Positions 17,550-26,574 of a DNA stretch of 32,000 nt are shown here, in pieces. A program made the translations under genes and the position numbers. Source of the stretch: Candidatus Arthromitus sp. SFB-mouse-Japan (GTDB taxonomy: Bacteria > Bacillota > Clostridia > Clostridiales > Clostridiaceae). The notes below the pieces were generated by a model. It did no database searches, was not told the origin of the DNA, and was given only the letters and a program-made list of their open reading frames with translations. The DNA is taken from the NCBI RefSeq assembly GCF_000270205.1, contig NC_015913.1, positions 1,560,001 to 1,592,000 on the forward strand, given 5' to 3'. The stretch's first letter is position 1. Each line of letters starts with the position of its first letter.

Positions 17550-17600
17550 AAACAAAAAAACAATGAAGTAATACTACTTTATTGTTTTTTTGTTTTTTAT
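17550..17600. terminator. Long AT-rich hairpin / bidirectional terminator between the tRNA cluster (+) and transketolase (-)
   Basis: A 21-bp stem pairs 17550..17570 with 17575..17595. It has one G-U pair, only 3 G-C pairs, and the loop ATAC. A T-run follows at 17596..17598. Confidence 0.65.
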
Positions 17601-17623
17601 AAAAAGTAGGAAATACATCCCAC

Positions 17624-18547
17624 TTAATAATCTAATAAATTCTTGCATTCATTAATTATTTGTTCACTTGTCATACCATATTTATTAAGCAAGAAACCTA
17701 TAGATCCCACTTCTCCAAAATGATCTTTTATTCCAATATTTCTTATTAATGATGGTGCATATCTACATGAAACTTCACAAATAGCACTATAAAGCCCTCC
17801 TATAACATTATGATTTTCAGCAGTAACAGCTTTTTTAGTTTTAAGTAAAGAATTTTTAACTGTCTCTACATCAATCGGTTTTATAACTGGTATTGATATA
17901 AGTTCTATGCTCACACCTTCCCTTTCTAAAATATCACTAGCCTTAATTGCCTCATCTACCATAATACCAGTAGCAAATATTGTGATATCATCTCCGTGTT
18001 TTAAAATATCTGCTTTATTAATATCAAATTTATAATTATTATCATACACCTTAGGAACCTGTTTTCTCGCTAATCTTATATATATAACTCCTTTTTTATC
18101 TACTGTATCTAAAAGTACTTCTTTCAATTGAATTTCATCAATAACATCTATTATAGTTATACCTGGTATACTTCTTAAAACTCCTATATCTTCAAAACTC
18201 ATATGAGTTCCTCCATTTAATTCGGCACAAACCCCTGAATCTGTTGCTATAATTTTAACATTTTGCTTTGCATAACACATAGAAATAGCTATTTGATCAC
18301 ATATCCTTCTTGACGCAAACGGTGTAAATGTACATATATATGGATTCATACCATAGGCACTCATACCAGCTGCCATACTAGCCATATTAGCTTCACTTAT
18401 ACCAACATCAAATGCTCTATCCTTATAAATCTTCCTAAGCTCCATAGTTCCATTAGCCTCAGCTAAATCTGCATCCATAAATATAACATTATTATTCTTA
18501 TCCATAATTTCTTTCATTGTGCTAAATAATACCTGTCTCATTTCCAT
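17624..18547 (-). CDS. Transketolase, C-terminal (pyrimidine-binding) subunit
   Basis: FDVGISEANMASMAAGMS and FTPFASRRICDQI match split-transketolase subunit B. The size is 307 aa and a GGGGGGG SD lies upstream. Confidence 0.9.
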   Translation of the reverse strand: MEMRQVLFSTMKEIMDKNNNVIFMDADLAEANGTMELRKIYKDRAFDVGISEANMASMAAGMSAYGMNPYICTFTPFASRRICDQIAISMCYAKQNVKIIATDSGVCAELNGGTHMSFEDIGVLRSIPGITIIDVIDEIQLKEVLLDTVDKKGVIYIRLARKQVPKVYDNNYKFDINKADILKHGDDITIFATGIMVDEAIKASDILEREGVSIELISIPVIKPIDVETVKNSLLKTKKAVTAENHNVIGGLYSAICEVSCRYAPSLIRNIGIKDHFGEVGSIGFLLNKYGMTSEQIINECKNLLDY

Positions 18548-18561
18548 AATTAAACCCCCCC

Positions 18562-19380
18562 TTATAATAATTCTACAATTGATTTTTTAAAATCATCATC
18601 TGTTAATCCCATACTGTGATTTTTATAACCTGCATTTTCTATTATAGAAACACCCTTGCCCTTTACAGTGTTAAGAACTATAGCTATAGGCTTATACTGC
18701 TTCTTACCATTACAAATAGCATTATGCATTTCTTCAAAATTATGTCCATCTACACTCTCAACATAAAATCCAAATGATTCCCATTTTTTATGCATATCAC
18801 CCATATCCAATATATCAATTAATTTACCATCTAACTGCATTTTATTATAATCAATAAATACTATAAGATTATTTAAACCAGATGAAGATGCAGCCATAGC
18901 AGCCTCCCAAACCTGCCCCTCATTACATTCTCCATCACCAACTATACAGTATATATAACAATTATCATTTTTTATTTTGGATGCTTTAGCCATACCAACT
19001 GCACAACTTATACCTTGACCTAAAGATCCCGTAGTCATATCAACGCCAGTTGTTTTATTCATATCACAATGACTTGGAAGACATGTATTTTCCTTGTTAA
19101 GGGTATTTAAATCTTCTTTACTTATGTATCCTTTATCTGCAAGAACCGCATATAAAGCCGGCCCCGCATGACCTTTGGACAATACAAGCCTATCTCTATT
19201 TTCCATTCCTGGATTAGTAACATCTATATTCATTTCAACATTATACAAAAGTACTAGTATATCTACTATAGACAAACTTCCTCCATAATGTCCCTTCCCT
19301 AAATTATGAATCTCCTCTATCAACATTTTTCTTATTTCTCTAGATTTACTATTCAATTTTTCTAAATCTCCAAAACTCAT
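18562..19380 (-). CDS. Transketolase, N-terminal (TPP-binding) subunit
   Basis: Motifs: GHYGGSLSIVDIL, LSKGHAGPALYAVLADKGY, GSLGQGIS and GDGECNEGQVWEA. The gene ends 14 nt upstream of the C-terminal subunit gene. Confidence 0.9.
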   Translation of the reverse strand: MSFGDLEKLNSKSREIRKMLIEEIHNLGKGHYGGSLSIVDILVLLYNVEMNIDVTNPGMENRDRLVLSKGHAGPALYAVLADKGYISKEDLNTLNKENTCLPSHCDMNKTTGVDMTTGSLGQGISCAVGMAKASKIKNDNCYIYCIVGDGECNEGQVWEAAMAASSSGLNNLIVFIDYNKMQLDGKLIDILDMGDMHKKWESFGFYVESVDGHNFEEMHNAICNGKKQYKPIAIVLNTVKGKGVSIIENAGYKNHSMGLTDDDFKKSIVELL

Positions 19381-19416
19381 ATGTTAAAATACCTCCAATT
19401 TTAAAATTTACTTTAA

Positions 19417-20214
19417 TTAAAACACCGGTTTTACAAAACCACTATATCTTTCATTTATAAATTTAAAATTTTCATAACTATTTAAATAATTAGCAATTTC
19501 TTTTAATTTTATTGATGTCTTCATATCCTCTCTAGTTACAAAAATACTAAATTTCATACCATCATTAAATGAATCTTCATAAAAAATACCCACCTCCCTA
19601 GGATCTATATTATTTTCCATAGCCACATTAGTATTTAGAACAATTAAATCTGATATATTAAAAAAATCTGGAATATCATTAATATCGACCTGATTTATAA
19701 CTAAATTTTTAGGATTACTTATAACAATATAAGACCCATCTAATTCTTCTACAAGCGTGATCAACCCAGCATCTTCTAAAAGCTTTAAAGATCTATTCCT
19801 ATTTATAAAATCATTTGGTATATACACAATATCTCCATTCTCCACCTTATCAATCGATCTATATTTACTACTATAGATAATCAAAGGTTCAATGTGCACA
19901 GATGTAATTTCTATAAGTTTACTTTCGCTACTCAAGTTAAATCTATTTAAATAATCTCTTGTCTGAAAAAAATTAGCATCTAAATTACCATTAACTAGAT
20001 CTCGATTCAATGTATCATAATCAATATAATTTACTATTTCAAAGTCTTCCTTAAATACATTCTTTATATTCTGCAAAATTTCTCCATAAGGAACAGTCGT
20101 AACTCCTATTTTTAATTTTCTATCAGTTGTATTAATCACTCCTATATCAGATATGCATGACATAAAAATATAAACAAAAATAAACATCAAGAATATTCTT
20201 AAATATTTATTCAT
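19417..20214 (-). CDS. MetQ/NlpA-family lipoprotein (substrate-binding protein)
   Basis: The signal peptide has a lipobox (IFMSC). KIGVTTVPYGEIL...LDANFFQTRDYL matches the MetQ pattern (LDANYFQH). An AGGAGG SD lies upstream. No cognate permease or ATPase genes are adjacent. Confidence 0.75.
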   Translation of the reverse strand: MNKYLRIFLMFIFVYIFMSCISDIGVINTTDRKLKIGVTTVPYGEILQNIKNVFKEDFEIVNYIDYDTLNRDLVNGNLDANFFQTRDYLNRFNLSSESKLIEITSVHIEPLIIYSSKYRSIDKVENGDIVYIPNDFINRNRSLKLLEDAGLITLVEELDGSYIVISNPKNLVINQVDINDIPDFFNISDLIVLNTNVAMENNIDPREVGIFYEDSFNDGMKFSIFVTREDMKTSIKLKEIANYLNSYENFKFINERYSGFVKPVF

Positions 20215-20248
20215 AATGTCCTCCTAATCAATATATACACTACAAGAG

Positions 20249-20746
20249 CTAAATTCCAGTTAAACCAAAATTAAATTTAAGTAAATTATATTTATTAACT
20301 ACAAATCTACATTTATCTATTATGCTCATTGTATTTTTTATAAAAAAATCATTTGTTGAATAAAAAATACTGCTCTTCAAGAATTCATTATCAATTATAG
20401 TCAATAAATCATTAAGTAAATTAACTAAATATCTTTTATTTAGATCACAATAATATAAATTTCTATTTATATTATTAATAATTGATATTATTGTGAATTT
20501 AATATCTGTATATCCATCACGAATTTCTTTTACAAAATATTTACTTACTACATTAGTTTCCATATACTTATTATTTTCTTCAATAAACATATTTTCTAAA
20601 CCATTCAAATCATTAAATATTTTTTCAATGTCATGTATATATATATTCTCTATATTTCTACTATCTATATGAATAAAACTTAAAATTCCTAAAAATATAC
20701 TAAATATAATTAAAATTAAAAAACATCCGTTAACTTTTATATTCAT
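20249..20746 (-). CDS. Hypothetical protein with an N-terminal TM anchor (165 aa)
   Basis: The ORF has a GGGGGAA SD and a single N-terminal hydrophobic helix (CFLILIIFSIFLGILSFI). No motif is recognised. Confidence 0.5.
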   Translation of the reverse strand: MNIKVNGCFLILIIFSIFLGILSFIHIDSRNIENIYIHDIEKIFNDLNGLENMFIEENNKYMETNVVSKYFVKEIRDGYTDIKFTIISIINNINRNLYYCDLNKRYLVNLLNDLLTIIDNEFLKSSIFYSTNDFFIKNTMSIIDKCRFVVNKYNLLKFNFGLTGI

Positions 20747-20833
20747 AATTCCCCCAAATAAATCATATATATCCCCATTTAAATTATATCATTTATATTT
20801 AAAATAATAAATCAAAACAACTAAATATTACTT

Positions 20834-20874
20834 AAAAAATAAAAAATAACTACTGATTAAAATCAATAGTTATT
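20834..20874 (-). terminator. Probable rho-independent terminator after the sleC-like gene
   Basis: An imperfect AT-rich stem pairs 20845..20855 with 20864..20874, with one mismatch. It is followed on the minus strand by TTTTATTTTTT. Confidence 0.45.
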
Positions 20875-20882
20875 CAATAAAA

Positions 20883-22199
20883 TTAATACCTAATTGGAGA
20901 CACCTTATCGATAGGAGAATATGGAATAAAATTTCTTAATACCTTTGTATCATATCTGAGTTCAGCCATTTCAGTTACTGCAACATAGACATTAGAAATC
21001 GCATACCAGGTATCATACTCAACAACACCTGATACATTAACATTAAATATCTCTTGAAATTTTTTAACAGCATCCCTAGTAGCATTTCCATATATACCAT
21101 CTTCAGAAACTTTAGGTATAGCTGGGTAATTTTTCGAAATTGTATTCAAATATTTTTGTATATTCCTCACATCAGAACCTCTGCTCCCAACTTTTAGTGC
21201 AATACCTGGATAAGATATTGGTATGCCTTTAACTTCTTTTGCTGTTACTAAATCTAAATTTGTTCCATAAAAATTAGTCAATATCTCATAAGGAGTATAT
21301 CCTTCATCTGCCAGATATTTGCTCCCCCATTGAGTCATCCACCCAGGACACTTTACTTTTTTACCATCACAATATTGTGACAATAAAGGCTGTTTAGATC
21401 CTGGTCTCTTCATATATGTTGAAAAAATTTCATCGACAATATTTGATATATTTTTAAATATATTTCTTCCATAATTAAATGCATGATCATACGCTGTAGA
21501 ATTTGTTATTGTAAAATCCTTTCCCTTGCCTCTGTACCATTCCGTATATACTCTATTTAATGTGAATGATATTATTGCATATATATTAGCTCTTATAGCA
21601 TTTGATGGCCATGTTGAATATATTTCACAGGAGGCAACATTTTTGATATATTCAGAATATCTCACCGTATAATCATTTCCATTAGAATTCGGAGAGCCTA
21701 TATGAACTGTAATAAATTCAGGTACTACAACCTCTGATAATACAACTTGACCTGTTGATTGCATCATAGTTTTTTCTTCGGCTTCAGGTATCTTAGGTGG
21801 ATAATTGCCATAAAGAGTATTTGCCTCTATATTAATTTCCTCTATCTGACTATACAATGATTTATTCCTATTAACTAAATTTAAATTAATGGGCTGAATC
21901 GATTCCTCGTCTCCAAATAATTGACATCCTTTTACAAATGTTTCAATAAATCCATCTTTGGAAACTGCTACATCACATAATCCATATGGTCTCTCAGTCT
22001 CATATTCATTTAAAGATAATTCTATAGGTGGTGTAACTATTCCATCTAAAATAGCTATACCAGAATCATTTGTTTTTAAATCAACAACCTCTCTAACTAT
22101 ATTGTTCTGATCATATAAAGTAACTTTAATATTTGCATTACTTACCGGTTCAGGATTATTACCCATATAAGTTTGAATTTTTAAAGACCCTGTGGACAT
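20883..22199 (-). CDS. sleC: Spore cortex-lytic enzyme, SleC-like (N-terminal pro-region, SpoIID-like catalytic region, C-terminal PG_binding_1)
   Basis: The translation looks colinear with clostridial SleC as I recall it: TLYGNYPPKIPE, EYIKNVASCEIYSTWP, AIISFTLNRVYTEWYR, FTITNSTAYDH, QYCDG and MTQWGSK. The C-terminal peptidoglycan-binding repeat reads GSRGSDVRNIQKYLN...DGIYGNATRDAVKKFQ. The 438-aa size also fits. Confidence 0.75.
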   Translation of the reverse strand: MSTGSLKIQTYMGNNPEPVSNANIKVTLYDQNNIVREVVDLKTNDSGIAILDGIVTPPIELSLNEYETERPYGLCDVAVSKDGFIETFVKGCQLFGDEESIQPINLNLVNRNKSLYSQIEEINIEANTLYGNYPPKIPEAEEKTMMQSTGQVVLSEVVVPEFITVHIGSPNSNGNDYTVRYSEYIKNVASCEIYSTWPSNAIRANIYAIISFTLNRVYTEWYRGKGKDFTITNSTAYDHAFNYGRNIFKNISNIVDEIFSTYMKRPGSKQPLLSQYCDGKKVKCPGWMTQWGSKYLADEGYTPYEILTNFYGTNLDLVTAKEVKGIPISYPGIALKVGSRGSDVRNIQKYLNTISKNYPAIPKVSEDGIYGNATRDAVKKFQEIFNVNVSGVVEYDTWYAISNVYVAVTEMAELRYDTKVLRNFIPYSPIDKVSPIRY

Positions 22200-22255
22200 A
22201 AAAACTCCTAAAAAAATATTATATACTTAAAACTATTCTTAAAAATTAATAAAGT

Positions 22256-22630
22256 TTACTTGTTTTTCCTATTTCCCCTAAAATAATCCCTTTCTTGTTT
22301 AAATTCATCAAATAAATGTGATATTTCCATATTTATAGATGTATCCGTAACCGTTGCAAATATTATATTTTTACCTAAATTCTTTCTAAGTAATTTAAAA
22401 TATATATCTACTTCTTTAGATACAATATTCTGAAATATAACTACTTTTTCTCCACAACTATACTCACCATTAGTATTAAATTTTTTGTCTTTTATTACAT
22501 CCCCTAAAGTTCTATTGAAATCACTATCATCGAATGTTAAATATTGTATATTACTACTAATAAATTTTACCGTCTTTTGAATTCTTAATATTTCATCTTC
22601 TGAAAATCCATATAATATAAATTTCTTCAT
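22256..22630 (-). CDS. Small conserved hypothetical protein, DUF3783-like
   Basis: 124 aa. The pattern ILYGFSEDE...lG...VVIFQN....D.....LRK......ATVT..N resembles the DUF3783 family as I remember it. The start codon lies 1 nt after the murI stop. Confidence 0.45.
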   Translation of the reverse strand: MKKFILYGFSEDEILRIQKTVKFISSNIQYLTFDDSDFNRTLGDVIKDKKFNTNGEYSCGEKVVIFQNIVSKEVDIYFKLLRKNLGKNIIFATVTDTSINMEISHLFDEFKQERDYFRGNRKNK

Positions 22631-22631
22631 C

Positions 22632-23423
22632 CTATATTACCCCACTTAATATTTTATGACAACGTAGTACTTTTTCATTATCCAAAGAATTATATATTTG
22701 AACCCTAGTATTTAAATTATCTATAGTTTTATTAATTAAATTATTTTCTATAAGTCTACGTCTAAGTTCCATCGCTGTACCTAATGATCCATCAAATATT
22801 CTTACTCCTTCACCAAAAATATCTTTAATTATATTTTTCACAAAATAATAATGAGTACACCCTAATACAATACAGCTAACATTATTTATATATTTATGTA
22901 ATCTTTCATAAAGGTAGTCATAAATACTTTGTTCACTTTCATTATGTTCGATCATATAAGCTAAATAATCAAGAGCAAAACACTCTATTGTATTCTTACT
23001 ATATTTATTAATTAAACATCTTAACTTATCCCCATTTACTGTAAACGGTGTAGCCAATAATAATATATATCCTTTTTTGTTATTTGAATTAACAAACTCT
23101 ACTGCTGGTTTTATTGCTGGTTCCACTCCTATTATTGGTATTTTAGGCTCATACCTTTCTCTTAAAAACCTTATTGCCGCACTACTAGCAGTATTGCAAG
23201 CAACAACAATTGCCTTACAATTATTTTCAAAAATCAGAAAATTACATATATTAATAGATAAATTGATTAATTCACTCTCAGATTTACTTCCATAAGGAGA
23301 ATTTCTAGAATCACCAAAATAAATAAACACTTCATTTTCTAAAAGTTTCATTGTTTTTCCTAAAATAGAAATACCTCCAATTCCAGAATCAAAAAAACCA
23401 ATACTACCATTTTTAAAATCCAT
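22632..23423 (-). CDS. murI: Glutamate racemase
   Basis: IGFFDSGIGGISIL is present, along with the two catalytic Cys motifs VVACNTASS and LGCTHY. Confidence 0.93.
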   Translation of the reverse strand: MDFKNGSIGFFDSGIGGISILGKTMKLLENEVFIYFGDSRNSPYGSKSESELINLSINICNFLIFENNCKAIVVACNTASSAAIRFLRERYEPKIPIIGVEPAIKPAVEFVNSNNKKGYILLLATPFTVNGDKLRCLINKYSKNTIECFALDYLAYMIEHNESEQSIYDYLYERLHKYINNVSCIVLGCTHYYFVKNIIKDIFGEGVRIFDGSLGTAMELRRRLIENNLINKTIDNLNTRVQIYNSLDNEKVLRCHKILSGVI

Positions 23424-23441
23424 AATAAAACCCTTTCGAAT

Positions 23442-23470
23442 TTGACAATAAGTAGAATTAATTATATCAT
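23442..23470 (+). promoter_or_regulatory. Sigma-A type promoter for the glutamine synthetase gene (TTGACA-17 nt-TATCAT)
   Basis: TTGACA lies at 23442..23447 and TATCAT at 23465..23470, with a 17-nt spacer. Confidence 0.6.
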
Positions 23471-23535
23471 AAAATTCAAAATATCATCAAAAATAAAAGG
23501 AGGAAATCAAATAATTTATTTGATTTTAAAGATTT

Positions 23536-25389
23536 ATGGTTGAAAATTTAATTTATATAATTAGAAAAGAAAATATATCAAAAAGTTCTATTATAAATTT
23601 ACTAGTTAATCATCCTGAAATAAAATTCATATCACTCATGGCTATAGATTTAAATGCTAATGATACTGATGAAAAAATACCTACAGAAATCTTTATTAAT
23701 GATATTGATTTATTCTTTGATGGATGTGCTATTCAAACAGATGGATCTTCAGTAGTATTAACTGGAATAGCAACACTAAATGATGCAAAAGTAGACATGA
23801 TCATAGATAAACATTCAAACTGGTTTGTTGATTATAATTTTGATAACGTAGATCAACTAACAAACAAACCTGTAGGAACACTTAGAATACCTAGTTTTTT
23901 AACACACAATAAAAAATATATCGACTCTAGATCTATCTTAAAAAGATCAATTAATTTCATGAAATGTACCCTTATAGACCTATTTAAAAAAAATCCTAAC
24001 TACCTTAAATCAATTAATTTTGATGATATAGATGATATAATAATAAATACTGCAACTGAACTTGAATTTTGGGTTAAAACTCCTGAAGAATATATTAACA
24101 TAGAAGATTTAACAACTTCTCAGGGTTTACATGAACAATACTGGAATATGACAAAAGGAATTGTTAGAACTGCTTTAGAAGATTCATTAATAATGATGGA
24201 AAACTATGACTTGCACCCAGAAATGGGACATAAAGAAGTTGGCGGTGTTAAATCAAAGATAGACTCTAATGGAAATTATCACATTTTAGAACAGTTAGAA
24301 ATTGACTGGAAATATTCAACTGCAATGCAAACATGCGATAATCTTTTAATTGTGAAAAGTATAATAAAAGAAACATTCAAACGCCATAAGTTAGATGTTA
24401 CATTTTTAGCTAAACCTATCGAAAAAGTAGCTGGGAATGGTGCTCATTTACATTTTAGTATTTTTTTAAAACTTAAAAATGGTAATCTAATAAATATATT
24501 TTCAGATAATGATAGTGAATTTATGAGTCCTATAGGATATGGTGCGATTATGGGAATCTTAAAAAACTACGACATAATAAATCCATTCATATCCAATACA
24601 ATAGACTCATTAAAACGTCTCAAACCAGGATTCGAAGCTCCAATATGTACAGTTGCATCACTTGGTATATCTAAAGACATACCGTCTAGAAATAGGTCTA
24701 TATTGATAGCTCTTATAAGAGATAGTGAAAATAATAAATCAACAAGATTTGAATTAAGATCACCAAATCCAAAAACAAATATGTATTTAACTATTTCAGC
24801 TATAAATATGTGTATTATAGATGGAATTAAATACTCTATAGATAAGAATGAAAAATATCTGTTAAAAGAACTATCAAAAAAATCTGGTGAATATTATGGG
24901 TATCTAGATGAATCTAGAATGTATCGAAGTGAAGAAAATATATTTGAAAAATACTCAGAGGATGATAGTAATAACATTTTTGGCAAAGCTCCTAAGACTG
25001 TTTATGAAAATTTATTAAATATTGAAAAAAATGATTGTAGTATATTAACACAAAATTCTGTATTTACTACTGATATAATAAACAGTTTTAAAACATCCTC
25101 ATTAGACCAATATATGATGGAAATAGAGCATAGACTTTTACCGAAATATAAAAAAGAACTAAATAATTTAATTAAAAACATAGAAATAAATTCAAAATTA
25201 ATATCTCTTAACTATTTGATATTAAACGAAATATACTTCAATTTATTCATTGATAGTCTCGACCACATAAGCTTATCATCTAAAATAAAAAACTATATCC
25301 AAAATCGCAACTACGAAATGATATCAACTCTCCATATAGAAATTGAAAACATAATAGATGATTTTATACATTTATACAATTTATGTTAG
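23536..25389 (+). CDS. Glutamine synthetase family protein, long form (type III-like), 617 aa
   Basis: GS motifs: DGSS beta-grasp, ATELEFWV, HPEMGHKEVGG, GNGAHLHFS and RFELRSPNP. The ORF cannot start upstream because an in-frame TAA lies at 23527..23529. Confidence 0.75.
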   Translation: MVENLIYIIRKENISKSSIINLLVNHPEIKFISLMAIDLNANDTDEKIPTEIFINDIDLFFDGCAIQTDGSSVVLTGIATLNDAKVDMIIDKHSNWFVDYNFDNVDQLTNKPVGTLRIPSFLTHNKKYIDSRSILKRSINFMKCTLIDLFKKNPNYLKSINFDDIDDIIINTATELEFWVKTPEEYINIEDLTTSQGLHEQYWNMTKGIVRTALEDSLIMMENYDLHPEMGHKEVGGVKSKIDSNGNYHILEQLEIDWKYSTAMQTCDNLLIVKSIIKETFKRHKLDVTFLAKPIEKVAGNGAHLHFSIFLKLKNGNLINIFSDNDSEFMSPIGYGAIMGILKNYDIINPFISNTIDSLKRLKPGFEAPICTVASLGISKDIPSRNRSILIALIRDSENNKSTRFELRSPNPKTNMYLTISAINMCIIDGIKYSIDKNEKYLLKELSKKSGEYYGYLDESRMYRSEENIFEKYSEDDSNNIFGKAPKTVYENLLNIEKNDCSILTQNSVFTTDIINSFKTSSLDQYMMEIEHRLLPKYKKELNNLIKNIEINSKLISLNYLILNEIYFNLFIDSLDHISLSSKIKNYIQNRNYEMISTLHIEIENIIDDFIHLYNLC

Positions 25390-25426
25390 GTATCTATCAA
25401 ATTGATAGATACCTTTTTTATTTTTT
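25388..25426 (+). terminator. Rho-independent terminator after the glutamine synthetase gene
   Basis: A perfect 12-bp stem, AGGTATCTATCA (25388..25399) / TGATAGATACCT (25403..25414), has the loop AAT and is followed by TTTTTTATTTTTT. It overlaps the 3' end of the convergent ykvI-like gene. Confidence 0.85.
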
Positions 25427-26488
25427 CTTATATTTATACTTAACTATATAGTATATAAAAACTAATCCTAACAGGCCAAAAAATGGATATATAATAGAAA
25501 TTAAATTAGTAAACCCAAATATAGATACAGGCACAGAAACAAATAAGATCAATAAAATACTCTTAAATAACGAAAATCTATACTTGTTAGAAATACCTTG
25601 GGCAAGTGAATAAAGACTAGATATTTCTGTAGAAAGCATCTCAACCCATATTAAAACAAGTATAATCACCTGAAATGTTTTTCCAAATATCTTAGATACA
25701 TAAAGAAGAGGTATATCATATTTGGCTATGTATGGCATATTGGATAAAATTAAATAATTTATAATCATACTTATTAAAATTAAAAACAATGACCCCATAA
25801 ATATGCCTTTTTTAAAATTACTGCTCTTATGACGAATAGAAAGCGGAGCCAAAATACCTGTGGAACTCAAAATATTAAATCCACCGTATAAAAGACAAGA
25901 TAAGATTATATTATTATCTAACTTTATATCTTTATTCTTAAATATAAATAATGCTCCTGTTTCAAGGTTTATTGGATCCGAAAATAATTCAAATAATATA
26001 AATATTAGAAATATTATACAAATCATTATTGGTACACTTAATGAATTAACCCAAACGAGTCCCTTCATACTAAATTTTAAAATCACAACTGAAACTATTA
26101 TCATTAATATCGTCCCAAAAATACTTGGTATAGAAAAAAATTGACTTATTATAGATCCACTTGCTGCAAATATAATTGAAGAGGAAAACAAATAGTATAA
26201 ACTCACGAAACTATTTAAAATTTTTGCTGAAGTTCGAGGACATATTTCATTTATCAAAAGATTATAAGAAGATAAGTTTTTTTTATTACATATATCACAC
26301 AATATATTTCCAATAAATACATACATTAAAAAACATACTATAAATCCAAAAAAACTATCTAAACCATATATGGAAAAAAATTGATATATTTCCTTCCCTG
26401 ATGCAAGTCCGGCTCCAACAACTGTACCAATAAAGATACATGATACCTTAAACATACTCATTAAATTATTTAAATTTGTCAAAATCAA
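25418..26488 (-). CDS. YkvI-family membrane protein (spore-germination-protein-like permease fold)
   Basis: The protein is polytopic (~10-11 hydrophobic segments). The N-terminal IGTVVGAGLASGKEIYQFF is typical of YkvI. The start is TTG at 26488, after AAAGGAAGG. An internal ATG nine codons downstream is an alternative start. Confidence 0.7.
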   Translation of the reverse strand: MILTNLNNLMSMFKVSCIFIGTVVGAGLASGKEIYQFFSIYGLDSFFGFIVCFLMYVFIGNILCDICNKKNLSSYNLLINEICPRTSAKILNSFVSLYYLFSSSIIFAASGSIISQFFSIPSIFGTILMIIVSVVILKFSMKGLVWVNSLSVPIMICIIFLIFILFELFSDPINLETGALFIFKNKDIKLDNNIILSCLLYGGFNILSSTGILAPLSIRHKSSNFKKGIFMGSLFLILISMIINYLILSNMPYIAKYDIPLLYVSKIFGKTFQVIILVLIWVEMLSTEISSLYSLAQGISNKYRFSLFKSILLILFVSVPVSIFGFTNLISIIYPFFGLLGLVFIYYIVKYKYKKK

Positions 26489-26513
26489 CTACCTTCCTTT
26501 TTTTATATCGTAT

Positions 26514-26542
26514 TTAATTTTTATTTTCTTATATGTTAAAAT
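26514..26542 (+). promoter_or_regulatory. Possible extended -10 promoter (TGtTAAAAT) for the radical-SAM gene
   Basis: TG at 26534..26535 precedes TAAAAT at 26537..26542. The -35 element is weak (TTAATT at 26514..26519). Confidence 0.3.
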
Positions 26543-26574
26543 ATGAATCTATTATTTTTGAAAGGAAATAAACT

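Noticed and set aside
17378-17566. 62-aa plus-strand ORF in the six-frame track
   Set aside because: It lies entirely over the tRNA-Val 3' end, tRNA-Asp and the second tRNA-Glu. Its G/P/R-rich translation is an artefact of reading GC-rich tRNA genes.
23536-25389. Idea that the 617-aa glutamine synthetase homologue is a degenerate enzyme like the others
   Set aside because: The metal- and substrate-binding motifs I can recognise (ELEFWV, HKEVGG, NGAHLHFS, RFELRSPNP) are all present. There is no visible evidence of inactivation. The I/N/K-rich C-terminal tail cannot be judged without alignment.
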